Shown one piece after another: positions 14,992-28,228 of a DNA stretch of 64,000 nt. This DNA is from Eledone cirrhosa (lineage: Eukaryota). The notes under the pieces are model-generated. The model saw nothing but the letters and a program-made list of their open reading frames with translations. It had not been told where the DNA came from and did no database searches. The stretch's first letter is position 1, and every line of letters starts with the position of its first letter. A program made the position numbers and the translations under genes. The stretch spans positions 25,978,001 to 26,042,000 of the forward strand of contig OZ024751.1 in assembly GCA_964016885.1 (NCBI GenBank). The letters are read 5' to 3'.

Positions 14992-15027
14992 TCTTCTGAT
15001 GAAGGACTAGCGTCCGAAACGTTAAGA
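14992..15027 (+). ncRNA. Minimal type I hammerhead ribozyme motif
   Basis: tctt-CTGATGA-a-ggac(tagc)gtcc-GAAA-cg-TT|aaga. Helix I and helix II pair, and helix III is a palindromic ACGT. Confidence 0.65.
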
Positions 15028-15042
15028 CCCTCTTCCTGCTAT

Positions 15043-16061
15043 ATCAAGCAAAAATTCGTGCATGGATATGTTGCCAGAAGGCTCCAGAGTGAGAGTAATA
15101 TAGATAAACAAAGTAGTCTATCTTGGACCCACAACCGCTATATTGGCTCCCACTTTGAAGGATACGCTTTTGCAATCCAAGAACAGGAAATCAACACGAA
15201 ATACCTGATTCACAAAAGAGATAGGGATGCAGGCAAAACACCTAGATGTGACAAGTGCAGACTCTGCAGAAGTAACATCGAAGATTTCACCCAGCTGCTG
15301 TCCAAAGATGTCACCGTGGTACTATCTACCTATGAGGCATGATGTAGTGGCCAAAACACTGTACAATGCAATCCGTAGAAAAGATAGCCCCGATAATAAA
15401 CACATTAAAGGCTACAGCAATGTGGAAGACATATATAAACATATAAAAGAGTACTGGTGGAATGTTCCTGTTAAAACCCCAATAAAATGCAGGCATAACA
15501 GACCAGATATAATGATATGGGACAGGGAAAAGAAAGCATGCACAGTAGTGGAAGTTAGCTGCCCAGCAGATGCCAATATAATATCAAAGATTAGTGAAAA
15601 GGAGAATATTTATGCAGAACTGATGAGAAATCTTCAGATACTCCACCCTGATTACACCTTCAGGTTTATGCCTGTGATTATTGGGGCACTGGGGTATGTT
15701 AGTAACTGCCACAGTTTAAATCTTGAGAAGCTGGGCTTCACAGAAACAGAATGAACACAACTAGTTAGGAAATTACAAGTACAATCCCTTAATGGAACAG
15801 TAAAATATGTAAAACATTCCAAAAATTGTGCATCTAATAACTGCATATACACATGTACAGATACAAAGCATATGAACATGCACACATACAACTCAAAACA
15901 TACATATCCACACATACAATAACATCCATATCTGCACACACACACATGTATGCAGACATGCAGACATATTTATCTAGTTGATGTGTAAATTCCAATGAGA
16001 CAGTCTTGTTAGAAACCGACTCTCTCTTTTGGCAAAACTTTGTGAAATAAAACCAGAAGAA
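15043..16061 (+). mobile_element. R4/Dong-clade RLE LINE 3' end (second family)
   Basis: FEGYAFAIQEQEINTKY, CRLC zinc knuckle, RHDVVA and HNRPDIMIWD..VVEVSCPAD..EKENIY (PD-(D/E)xK nuclease), then PVIIGALG. A frameshift lies near 15290, and the 3'UTR end is shared with 38907-39007. Confidence 0.9.
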
Positions 16062-16139
16062 CAAACAAACATACAAACGTATGTATGTGTGTGCATTTAT
16101 TTCATATAAAACTCAAATTTCAATAAAAAAAAATCTTGA

Positions 16140-16361
16140 TTTCCGAGATAGAAACAAGGTCTCAAATTTATAGAGGGATGTCTTTAGTTGATTATACCCA
16201 CCACATGATATCACTGGTATTTTATTCTAATCTATATCGACCCCAGGAAAGAAAAGAAAAGAAAACGTGGTCCTCGGAAAGGTTTGAATCAGGTTTCAGT
16301 GACCATTACTTTCCCAATTAATTTCGACCGATGCTCTAACGGTTCTGCCAATCTACTACTT
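16140..16361 (-). mobile_element. Diverged SINE related to family A
   Basis: Residual tatcgacccc, cctcggaaaggtttgaa and ttctgccaatc segments. Confidence 0.5.
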
Positions 16362-16653
16362 TGGTTTATAAATATATAGATCTCAAAATAGTTACTGAAC
16401 TTTCCTTGATTGATTTCTTTTGTTTTTTGTTTGTTATTTATTTAATTATTTGAATCCATAATTAATACGAGATTTCTCTAATGTGACTTTTTGTGTTCTA
16501 TTAATTAGTTTCATTTAATATTAATTGATTTCTATTTTTCTGTCCATGTCTGAAAATATTAATAAATATCAATGAAATATTAACAAGTATAATGTTAGCT
16601 TATCTTGATATCATTTCTATTTTTTTTTGTTTCTTTGTTTCTTTCTTTCTTTG

Positions 16654-16694
<41 letters not shown>

Positions 16695-16864
16695 GTTCAC
16701 TTAAATGTTATTGATGGCGATGTAAAAAAATAATCAACAACAGTCTAAAACAAAAGGAATCGATACGATTTTACAATAAGAAATATAATCAATAATGATT
16801 GCACTGACACAGTGAAAGAAAGTTCTGGAGGCGGGAGGAAATATAGTCAAATAAATCAAATTCT

Positions 16865-17560
16865 GTATGTTCTACAATTGTTTTGCTTTTTATATCATCT
16901 ATATTTTGAATAATAGCGTCGGTAGAAGAAACTTCCGGTAGTAGAACTTTGCAATCAATTGAAATAGCCAATATATGTTATACAATTGCTTTGTTTTTAT
17001 TATCATACTTATTTTGAACAATAGCGTCGTTGCTAGAAAATTCTAATTAAAACAGCTAATATGTGTTCTACAATTATTTGGTGTTTATATCATCCCTATT
17101 TTGAACAATAGTGTCGCTGCTAGAAACTTCTGATAGTAGAAATACTCAGTTAACTGAAGAGCTAATATGTCTTATATAATTGCTTAGTGTTTATATCATC
17201 TATATTTGGAACAATAGCGTCGGTACAAGTTCTGGTAATAGAACTATGCAATCAATTGAAACATCTAATATATATTATATAATTGTTTAGTGTTTATATC
17301 ATCCTTGTTTTGAACAATAGCGTCGATACAAGAAACCTCTGGTAGTAAAAGTATACAGTCAATTGATACAGCCTATATATGTTCTACAATTTTCGTTTTT
17401 ATTTTACTTATTTTGAACAATAGCGTCGGTGTTAGAAAGTTCTAATTGAAACAGCCAATATATGTTCTACAATTGTTTTGTTTTTCTTTATCATCTCCAT
17501 TTTGAATAATAGCCTTGGTGCTAGAAACTTCTAGCAGAAGGAGTAAAGATGCAATCAATG
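16865..17560. repeat. Degenerate tandem repeat, about 7 units of ~83-108 bp
   Basis: The anchor atgttctacaattg...ttttgaacaatagcgtcg recurs 7 times. Confidence 0.85.
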
Positions 17561-17863
17561 GAATTGATGAGGATATTTTTTATATTTTTCTTATAGGCTT
17601 TATTGTAATCCGATGTGTGAATAATAACGGTGGCTATTGAAGGCTTATAAGGGGCCAAGTTACTGGTTCATTGCTTTTTCCAATGGTGAGGTTGACAATG
17701 GCGTTTTTCTCAAATTCAGCTGGAAGAGATACCTTATGGCAATTTCATTTTTTCTTCGAAAGCACAGCTTAGTCAATTATTTCAATACACAATATACGAT
17801 ATACACCCATAGCAATTCTCTATATATATTGAGGTGTATGTGTAAGCGTGTATGTGTGTGTGA

Positions 17864-17907
<44 letters not shown>

Positions 17908-17908
<1 letters not shown>

Positions 17909-18026
17909 AAGGCGTGTGGCTGAGTGGTTAGAGAATTGAATTCACAATCGTGAGGTTGTGAGTTCGATTCCCAGACCAAGTGATGCGTTATGTCCTTGAG
18001 CAAGACACTTTATTTCACGCTGCTCC
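17908..18026 (+). mobile_element. tRNA-derived CORE-like SINE (family B), 5' part
   Basis: TGGCTGAGTGG A box, GAGTTCGATTCC B box and the CORE-like segment tgtccttgagcaagacactt. Confidence 0.75.
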
Positions 18027-18139
18027 TTCTACCTGGAGTTGCGACCGATAGATAGTATTATCAACTGGAAAGACCAACGGAAACATCGTTTCCCCTCGGT
18101 CCGATTTGACGAAAGTCGATCGTTCCTTTTATATATATT

Positions 18140-18410
18140 TATATTGTTATATTTGGGGAGGTTCATATTGTTATGATATTGACAGAAATAATAATAAAGC
18201 ACATTCACTGTTTGGTTGGGATTGGTTTTCGCTTCTGTGTATTTTATATCCCTAGAGTTAATTCTGCTGACGTTCAATGTTTATCATTGATTGACCAATG
18301 GTTAAAAATACAGATATATAGATATATAGTCAATCAAAGTTCTTTCATCACACATATGTGACATCATCAGTGGTACTATTATGTTTCCTCCCGTTGTATT
18401 GTATTTTCAA
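18140..18410 (-). mobile_element. Penelope-like terminus (family P5)
   Basis: Homologous to 35396-35660 and 44820-45082. Contains CTGATGA-tgtcac(atat)gtgat-GAAA and ends on TA-rich sequence. Confidence 0.65.
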
Positions 18411-18423
18411 TTTTATTTTTATT

Positions 18424-18585
<162 letters not shown>

Positions 18586-18728
18586 TACATATATATATGC
18601 ATACATATATATATATACATACATACACACATATATATAGATATATATATATAGTGGAAATTGGAACGGGAACGAAAACAGAGAGGCAGTACAAACAAAG
18701 GTTTATTAGTTTCACACATGTATGTATC

Positions 18729-18763
<35 letters not shown>

Positions 18764-18770
18764 TATATAT

Positions 18771-18845
<75 letters not shown>

Positions 18846-18987
18846 TAACGTGTCTACCAAAAGACATATTTATTTCAGTATTTTCATATTTTCCATCTCT
18901 GCCTCTCCTCTACACCCACCACTATATCAGTCAATATTTAAGTGATTATATCAAATTGTCAATTGATATATATCTAACTCTCCCCCC

Positions 18988-19039
<52 letters not shown>

Positions 19040-19087
19040 GTGTATATATACGTGTGTGTGTGTGTAGGTATGAATATACATATATAC

Positions 19088-19120
<33 letters not shown>

Positions 19121-19145
19121 CATATATATATACATACATATATAC

Positions 19146-19244
<99 letters not shown>

Positions 19245-19273
19245 TACATATATATATATACATATACATATAC

Positions 19274-19350
<77 letters not shown>

Positions 19351-19435
19351 GAGAGACGTAAAATAAATATATATGTTACTAGATATTAATTCTTTATATA
19401 TATACATATATATATATACATTTATATATATATAC

Positions 19436-19525
<90 letters not shown>

Positions 19526-19714
19526 CGTCAATGTATGTGTATATCTGTCCGTGTGTGTATGGGTCTGTGTGTGTGCATGTATGTATGTGTGTGCGTGTGT
19601 GTGTGTTTGTGAGTGTCTGCGTGTGTGCGTGTGAGCGTCTGCGTGTGGTGTGCGTGTGTGTGAGTGAAACCACCAATTGAAGTAAACATAAACTCGACAA
19701 TAGACAGTACATAC

Positions 19715-19786
19715 CTGCGGTACGTAGTGGGGAACGACGCCAGCAAACACAACAGTATAATTTTGGCAACAATGATGGATTTTAAA
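19715..19786 (-). other. Candidate 72-nt internal exon (FKIHHCCQNYTVVFAGVVPHYVPQ)
   Basis: Pyrimidine tract plus TAG acceptor, CAG|GTATGT donor, length a multiple of 3, open frame. I recognise no homology. Confidence 0.3.
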
Positions 19787-20097
19787 CTAATTGCAAAGAG
19801 AGGATATAAAAACACAGCTTGATTTTATTTTTCAAGAAGACATTTGAAATAAAACGAAATTACATCTTTGTGACGTCGTATTTAGGTGATAAACGAATAG
19901 CTTGGATGTCATCTGTAGCTGTACATAGCAATTGAGAAATGTATCTTAACTGTCTTGGGGAATGGTGCCAGATATATAGGTTTGGAGGTATAAGCATATC
20001 TATGTATATACATATGCATGTATTTATAAGTGTATAAGTGTATATATTCGTATATATTCGTATATATTCGTATATACTTCTTGTTTTAATATATATG

Positions 20098-20148
<51 letters not shown>

Positions 20149-20164
20149 TAAGTATATATATATA

Positions 20165-20202
<38 letters not shown>

Positions 20203-20379
20203 CATATACACATATACACGTATATATACGTGTATATGTCTATGCGTGTGTGTGTCTGTGTGTCTGTGGTAAACGATAAAACTATTCATAGGAAGCTAGA
20301 CAAAAAAGTAGGCCAAAAATTACAAGTTTATTAAAATATATTGAGTTTTTATTGGATAGTGAAAGACATATGATCAATC

Positions 20380-20532
20380 TTCCGTCGTTGGCGACTATGA
20401 TCACTCAGTATTCGATCAACTGCACGTCCAATCTGAGAATTAACGTGTAAGTGGTTGAATATACCACACACACGTGTATCCCACGTGTAATTGTCAATGG
20501 TGAATCAGCATGACAGTGTGGGGCATGGCTGT
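20380..20532 (+). mobile_element. SINE family C 3' body, diverged
   Basis: aattaacgtgtaagtggttga..cagcatgaca is homologous to the reverse complement of 47303-47470. Confidence 0.55.
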
Positions 20533-20561
20533 AACATGCCTACAGAGTTTCCTCAAACCAC

Positions 20562-20727
20562 TTACCGCCAAACCAGTTTCCGCAACCAGTTACCGTCAAA
20601 CCAATTACCGTCAAACCCACTTTCCGTCAAACCAGTTTCCGTCGAACCCTTCTACCGTCAACCCAGTTTCCGGCAACCCGGTTTCCGTCAAACCAGTTTC
20701 CGTCAAGCCAGTTTCCGTCAAACCAGT
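20562..20727. repeat. 15-bp tandem repeat (aaaccagtttccgtc) x ~11
   Basis: Read directly. Confidence 0.9.
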
Positions 20728-20819
20728 GCGTGAGACTTCTGGGGTTAAGTTAAGAACGATGTCCCGAAGAGAAATGGAAAGCGGGTCCTCATGATAAGTG
20801 AAGTAGGTAGCTCAGAGAT

Positions 20820-20886
20820 GAGAGAGACACTCCAAGAAGAGTCGCTACTTCCCGAGTTGAGAGATCACAGCTCCCATACTATAGGC
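20820..20886 (+). mobile_element. Short RTE fragment
   Basis: gagtcgctacttcccgagttgagagatcacagctcccatactat matches the other RTE copies. Confidence 0.6.
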
Positions 20887-21039
20887 ATTAAACATTTAAC
20901 TGTGTTTACAAGAAACTTCGAGCAATCCTTTTGATAACTACTACAAACTTCAGAAATGCATGATTATCGCATGCCCATATATGGAACTACCACTTGAAAA
21001 GTTCGGCTGTATCATCGTTACCACGCTAAAAATTTAATT

Positions 21040-21100
21040 TAGTCCAGATATAGCCGTCGAAACGGCTTGAGCTCTGCCATCGGGGTCCTGAACCTTTTCC

Positions 21101-21101
<1 letters not shown>
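21040..21101 (+). mobile_element. P3 fragment (3' half of a hammerhead motif)
   Basis: tagccgtcGAAAcggcttgagctctgccatcggggtc. Confidence 0.6.
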
Positions 21102-21114
<13 letters not shown>

Positions 21115-21183
<69 letters not shown>

Positions 21184-21268
21184 GTGTATGTGTGTGTTTC
21201 TATTTCGCTTTTCTACTTACGTGTGTGTGTTTGTACCTGTATCTGAATCTGTATATGTTTGCTTTTGT

Positions 21269-21356
<88 letters not shown>

Positions 21357-21441
21357 GTGTATGTGTGTGTTTCTATTTCGCTTTTCTACTTACGTGTGTG
21401 TGTTTGTACCTGTATCTGAATCTGTATATGTTTGCTTTTGT

Positions 21442-21506
<65 letters not shown>
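21115..21506. repeat. (TG)n array with an exact ~170-bp tandem duplication
   Basis: The unique block ttctatttcgcttttctac...gcttttgtac occurs twice. Confidence 0.9.
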
Positions 21507-21507
<1 letters not shown>

Positions 21508-22085
21508 TTCCAACTTTTCTCTCTTCATCTCTTTTCCAGTAAAATGTTTATTTTATTTAAAAGGAGAAATTGTTAGAATTGACATCCCAGACTTATGGAA
21601 ATCTGTATTTCTATAGTTTTCAAATAGCTAACACTAAAACAAAGCCGAAAACTGCGTCATTGTATGATTTACGTCTTTTACATATACCCCCTCCCATCTA
21701 CATCACTCCCACACACAAACATTAGCGTTGCTTTTCGATTCTTAATAGCGGGGTTGCCATCAAAGGTGATCCTAGAATCCACTATAGAAAATGTCACTAA
21801 GACGCTACAATTTTCCTAATCTGCCGCCCACAATTATTAATCACATAATAACGACTGCATATAAATAAAATATTTGATACGCAATATTTAGAAGGGTTCA
21901 ATCTCCAGTCGATACAAGGTGATTGGCTGTTGACTCGTCAAGAGGTTTCGCCGCCGCCATTACATACATACACACACACCCACACACACACACACACATA
22001 TATACATATATATATATATATATGAGTGTGTGTCTGTGTGTATATGTGTTTGCACATTTGTAAGGATATATAGATATATAGATAT

Positions 22086-22157
<72 letters not shown>

Positions 22158-22177
22158 ATACTATGTATATATATTAT

Positions 22178-22260
22178 GTATACTCCAATCCTACAAACTG
22201 TAGAGTGCTTCTTATCCGATATCTGCATTGCTTTATTGTACTACAATAAAACTCACCTCC

Positions 22261-22265
<5 letters not shown>
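22178..22265 (+). mobile_element. Isolated P2-type 3' tail between (TA)n tracts
   Basis: Near-identical to 54152-54238. Confidence 0.7.
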
Positions 22266-22301
<36 letters not shown>

Positions 22302-22306
<5 letters not shown>

Positions 22307-22484
22307 AAAAAAGTATGACCCCGACAGCAGAGCTCAAGCCGTTTCGAAGGCTATTTCTGGACAGCTATTTCTGTCCAGAAATAGCCGTCGAAACGGCTTG
22401 AGCTCTACCGTCGGGGTCATACTTTTTTTCCTATTTCCCATTCTACTACCCTAAGAATTGAGTACTCTGGTGCGTTATGGTCCA
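22302..22484 (+). mobile_element. Fold-back P3 mini-element
   Basis: Palindrome at 22302-22434 with a 6-nt loop, followed by the family tail tctactaccctaagaattgagtact. Confidence 0.8.
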
Positions 22485-22523
22485 TCTTTTCTTGTGCGCC
22501 CTTGTGGCAAATAAAGAAATATA
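22485..22523 (+). mobile_element. Tx1-family extreme 3' end (copy E)
   Basis: cccttgtggcaAATAAAgaaatata|tctatct matches the termini of copies A and B. Confidence 0.6.
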
Positions 22524-22529
22524 TCTATC

Positions 22530-23200
22530 TAGGTAGGTAGGTATGTAGGTAGCTAGGTAGGTAGGTAGGTAGCTAGGTAGGTAGGTAGGTAGGTAGGTAG
22601 GTAGGTAGCTAGGTAGGTAGGTAGGTAGGTAGGTAGGTAGGTAGGTAGGTAGGTAGCTAGCTAGCTAGCTAGCTAGCTAGGTAGGTAGGTAGGTAGGTAG
22701 GTAGGTAGCTAGCTAGCTAGCTAGCTAGATAGGTAGGTAGGTAGGTAGCTAGCTAGCTAGCTAGGTAGGTAGGTAGGTAGGTAGGTAGGTAGGTAGGTAG
22801 GTAGGTAGGTAGGTAGCTAGCTAGCTAGCTAGGTAGGTAGGTAGGTAGGTAGGTAGGTAGGTAGGTAGGTAGGTAGGTAGGTAGCTAGCTAGCTAGCTAG
22901 GTAGCTAGCTAGCTAGCTAGCTAGCTAGGTAGGTAGGTAGGTAGGTAGGTAGGTAGGTAGGTAGGTAGGTAGGTAGAGAGGGAGGGAGGTAGCTAGCTAG
23001 CTATCTAGGAGGGTAGGTAGGTAGCTAGCTAGCTATGTAGGTAGGTAGGTATGTAGGTAAGTAGGTAGGTAGGTAGGTAGGTAGGTAGGTAGGTAGGTAG
23101 GTAGGTAGGTAGCTAGCTAGGTAGCTAGCTAGCTAGCTAGGTAGGTAGGTAGGTAGGTAGGTAGGTAGGTAGCTAGCTAGCTAGCTAGCTAGCTAGGTAG
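22530..23200. repeat. Interleaved (TAGG)n/(TAGC)n tetranucleotide array
   Basis: Read directly. Confidence 0.95.
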
Positions 23201-23492
23201 TTTAGTCATATATTATAACTCACTACTTCTATCTGGATTATATTCCGCTGGGGGAATTCAACGATGTCTTTATATAAGATGATGTAGAGACTTCGATTCC
23301 ATAATCTGACCTAACCTTTCTACAATTCCGTATCAAATCAATTCTTACTGAAAATCAACTGATAATTCCTTAGATTCTTAGAAATATTAAGAAATGGAGG
23401 CATCAAAGAAAGATTCTAAGGAAGTTTCGGGCTTCTACAGGGTGAGATAATATCTATTCTTTCGATGTACGTAGCGGATATGTGTGTGTGAG

Positions 23493-23533
<41 letters not shown>

Positions 23534-23535
23534 AG

Positions 23536-23576
<41 letters not shown>

Positions 23577-23629
23577 AGACACACACACATATATATATAT
23601 ATACATATGTGTGTGTGAGACACACACGC

Positions 23630-23662
<33 letters not shown>

Positions 23663-23748
23663 TATATGTATGCGCATATATACACACACACATATATATA
23701 TATGTGTGTGTGTGTGTGTGTATGTCCATGAGTGTTTGTGTGTTTGTG

Positions 23749-23780
<32 letters not shown>

Positions 23781-23793
23781 TATATGTATGTAA

Positions 23794-23835
<42 letters not shown>

Positions 23836-23904
23836 ATGTATGGGCGAGTGTGTGAATGTGTGGTATGGATGTATGTTGTGTGTTCGTATGTATATATATA
23901 TATA

Positions 23905-24042
23905 TCTGTGTGCGTGTATATGTATACGTGTATATATGCATGTATGTATGTATGTACAAACGTATGTATGTATATATATATATATATGTGTGCGTGTGTA
24001 TGTATACGTGTATATATGCATGTATGTATGTACAAACGTATG

Positions 24043-24101
<59 letters not shown>

Positions 24102-24164
24102 GTGTGTGTGTGTGTGTATGTATACGTGTATATATGCATGTATGTATGTACAAACGTATGTATG

Positions 24165-24210
<46 letters not shown>

Positions 24211-24440
24211 CGCGTGTATATGTATACGTGTATATATGCATGTATGTATGTACAAACGTATGTATGTATATATATATATATATATGTGTGTGTGCGCGTG
24301 TATATGTATACGTGTATATATGCATGTATGTATGTATGTACAAACGTATGTATGTATATATATATATATATGTGTGTGTGCGCGTGTATATGTATACGTG
24401 TATATATGCATGCATGTATGTATGTACAAACGTATGTATG

Positions 24441-24475
<35 letters not shown>

Positions 24476-24480
24476 ATACA
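23905..24480. repeat. About 7 copies of a GTGTATATGTATACGTG..TACAAACGTATG module in (TA)/(TG)
   Basis: Read directly. Confidence 0.85.
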
Positions 24481-24698
24481 AACGGCTCTTTTATGTGAAG
24501 GGTCTTAATCTAGACTTCAATCATAACCTACCATTTGAAGATGGTTTAAGTAGTATGCAGATTCGAATGATGCAAGCTAGGTATATTTATCACTTACATT
24601 CTTTGACACCTCTTCCCTGCAGCATGTATGTGTCTATCTATGTAAGTTCTTCTGGTTTTGTGTGTGTGTGTGTATGTATGTATGCATGCGTGCGTGTA

Positions 24699-24729
<31 letters not shown>

Positions 24730-24812
24730 ATGCGTGTGTGTGTATGTATGTATGTATGTATGTATGCGTGTGTGTATGTATGTATGTATGTATGCATGTG
24801 TGTGTGTATGTA

Positions 24813-24845
<33 letters not shown>

Positions 24846-24974
24846 ATGTGTGTATGTATGTATGCATGTGTGTATGTATGTATGTGTGTGTATGCATGTG
24901 TGTATGTATGTATGTATGCATGTGTGTGTATGTAATAAATGTTGTATGTGAAACAAGGGGTAATGTATGACTAG

Positions 24975-26075
24975 CGGGAGAGAGGTGGGATACGGGGAGA
25001 GGAGAGGAGGGAGATGGAGAGAATAGGGGAGAGTGGGAGAGAATAGGAGAGAATAGGAGAGAATAGGAGAAAGTGGGAGAGAATAGGAGAGAATAGGAGA
25101 GAGTGGGAGAGAATAGGAGAGAATAGGAGAGAGTGGGAGAGAATAGGAGAGAATAGGAGAGAGTGTGAGAGTATAGGAGAGAGAGGGAGAGAAAAGGAGA
25201 GAATAGGAGAGAGAGGAAGAGTGGGAGAGAATAGGAGAGAGAGAGAGTGGGAGAGAATAGGAGAGAGTGGGAGAGAATAGGAGAGAATGGGAGAGAGTGG
25301 GAGAGAATATGAGAGAGTGGGAGAGAATAGGAGAGAATAGGAGAGAGTGGGAGTGAATAGGAGAGAGTGGGAGAGAATAGGAGAGAGTGGGAGAGAATAG
25401 GAGAGAATGGGAGAGAGTGGGAGAGAATATGAGAGAATAGGAGAGAGAGGGAGAGAATAGGAGAGAGTGGGAGAGAATAGGAGAGAATAGGAGAGAGTGG
25501 GAGAGAATATGAGAGAGTGGGAGAGAATAGGAGAGAATAGGAGAGAGAGGGAGAGAATAGGAGAATATAGGAGAGAGTGTGAGAGTATAGGAGAGAGAGG
25601 GAGAGAAAGGGAGAGAATAGGAGAGAGAGGAAGAGTGGGAGAGAATATGAGAGAATAGGAGAGAGAGGGAGAGAATAGGAGAGAGTGGGAGAGAATAGGA
25701 GAGAATAGGAGAGAGTGGGAGAGAATAGGAGAGAATAGGAGAGAGTGGGAGAGAATAGGAGAGAATAGGAGAGAGTGTGAGAGTATAGGAGAGAGAGGGA
25801 GAGAAAAGGAGAGAATAGGAGAGAGAGGAAGAGTGGGAGAGAATATGAGAGAATAGGAGAGAGAGGGAGAGAATATGAGAGAGTGGGAGAGAATAGGAGA
25901 GAATAGGAGAGAGAGGGAGAGAATAGGAGAGAGTGGGAGAGAATATGAGAGAGTGGGAGAGAATAGGAGAGAATAGGAGAGAGAGGGAGAGAATAGGAGA
26001 GAATAGGAGAGAATAGGAGAGAATAGGAGAGAGTAGGAGAGAATAGGAGAGAGAGGGAGAGTGTGAGAGAAGGAG
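24975..26075. repeat. Purine-rich 10-bp minisatellite (GGAGAGAATA/GGAGAGAGTG)
   Basis: About 1.1 kb with essentially no C on the plus strand. Confidence 0.95.
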
Positions 26076-26310
26076 GTAAGCAGAAGACATGTATGTTTAC
26101 TGCACCTGACAGGTAACAACTCTGCACAAATTACACAAATTGCGTGTACAGCATTATAGAGAAAGAACAATATATAAATATATATGTGTGGGGGGGGTTA
26201 TATATGTGTGTGGGGGGGGGGTTATATATATGTGTGTGGGGGGGGGGGGGGGTTATATATATGTATAGTTGAAAATGAACGAACAAAACACAGTAGGCAA
26301 TTGTACAAAC

Positions 26311-26342
<32 letters not shown>

Positions 26343-26525
26343 ATATATGTTTGTATGTGTGTGTGTGTGTATATATGTTTGTATGTGTGTGTGTGGGTAT
26401 ATATATATATATATTTTTGGGTGTGTGTGTGTGTGTGTATATATATATATGTTTGTATGTGTGTATGTGTGTGTATATTTATAAATGTTTGTATGTGTGT
26501 GTGTGGGTATATATATATATATGTT

Positions 26526-26624
<99 letters not shown>

Positions 26625-26880
26625 GTTTGTGTGTGTGTGTGTGTAACTAATAGAACAAACGAAAGCAAGGGTTTAACAAACTGAGAGACTGAGTAAAATA
26701 AGAGAGTGAGTGGGGAGGGAGAGGGGTGCAGGTAGAGAGAGAGAGGGAGTAGAAAGAGAGAGAGGGAACAGGGAAAGAGAATAGGGAGAGAGAGTGAGAG
26801 CAGAGAGAGCGAGAACAGGGTGAGAGAGTGGGAGTAGAGAGAGGGGGAACAGAGAGAGAGTGTGAGGTAGGTTTACTTAC

Positions 26881-26943
26881 AACAACAGTGAGGGTTAAGT
26901 TACTTTCCAAAGATTCATTATTGAGTTTAATCAGGGAAAATAA
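26881..26943 (-). other. Candidate 63-nt internal exon (LFSLIKLNNESLESNLTLTVV)
   Basis: tctttccctgccgtcAG acceptor and GTAAGT donor. Only phase 0 is open. It is a unique island between repeats. Confidence 0.35.
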
Positions 26944-26964
26944 CTGACGGCAGGGAAAGATGTA

Positions 26965-28045
26965 ATCATCATCACCATCACCATCATCACCATCACCACC
27001 AACACTATCATCACCACCAACACTATCATCACCACCACCACCATCATCACCACCACCACCACCACCACCACCACCACCACCATAACCACCACCATAACCA
27101 CCACCACCACCACCACCACCACCACCATAACCACCACCATAACCACCACCACCACCACCACCACCACCACCATAACCACCACCATAACCACCACCACCAC
27201 CATAACCACCACCACCATAACCACCACCACCACCACCACCACCACCACCACCACCACCACCATAACCACCACCACCATAACCACCACCACCACCACCACC
27301 ACCACCACCACCACCACCACCATAACCACCACCACCACCATAACCACCACCACCACCACCACCACCACCACCACCACCACCACCACCATAACCACCACCA
27401 CCACCACCACCACCACCACCACCACCACCACCACCACCACCACCACCATAACCACCACCACCACCATAACCACCACCACCACCATAACCACCACCACCAC
27501 CACCACCACCACCACCACCATAACCACCACCACCACCATAACCACCACCACCACCATAACCACCACCACCACCACCACCACCACCACCACCACCACCACC
27601 ACCACCATAACCACCACCACCACCATAACCACCACCACCACCACCATAACCACCACCACCACCACCACCACCACCATAACCACCACCATAACCACCACCA
27701 CCACCACCACCACCACCATAACCACCACCACCACCATAACCACCACCACCACCACCACCACCACCACCATAACCACCACCACCACCACCACCACCACCAC
27801 CACCATAACCACCACCATAACCACCACCACCACCACCACCACCACCATAACCACCACCACCACCATAACCACCACCACCACCACCACCACCACCACCATA
27901 ACCACCACCACCACCACCACCACCACCACCACCACCACCACCACCATAACCACCACCATAACCACCACCACCACCACCACCACCACCACCACCACCACCA
28001 CCACCACCACCACCACCACCATAACCACCACTATCACCACCATCA
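26965..28045. repeat. (ACC)n microsatellite with ATA interruptions
   Basis: Read directly. Confidence 0.95.
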
Positions 28046-28228
28046 TTAATTACTGGTAATTTACACACAACTACCAACAAGTATAGTGCTTTCTTTTCTT
28101 TTCACCACACTTCGCCATTTTCTTTTCAATAATGTCGATACTGTTCGACCACCAGATCTGCTATAATCCCTCTATCGGGGCTACAGATACTTAATACTTG
28201 TTGTTGTAGCTGTTATTGTTGTTGTAGC

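Noticed and set aside
18330-18380. P5 CTGATGA..GAAA as a complete hammerhead
   Set aside because: The core boxes and helix II are present, but I could not form helix III and helix I around a valid NUH site. It was counted as partial only.
22530-23200. Telomere-like repeat
   Set aside because: The unit is TAGG/TAGC, not TTAGGG or TTAGG, and the position is interstitial.
24594-26170. Ser/Leu/Pro-rich 400-500 aa ORFs
   Set aside because: They are the antisense reading of the purine decamer minisatellite.
26647-28080. Gly/Tyr-rich ORF resembling suckerin or other GGY structural proteins
   Set aside because: Gly is almost only GGT and Tyr only TAT, there is no signal peptide and no ATG start. 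This fits an (ACC)n microsatellite, and sharing a frame with the 63-nt candidate exon is a 1-in-3 chance.
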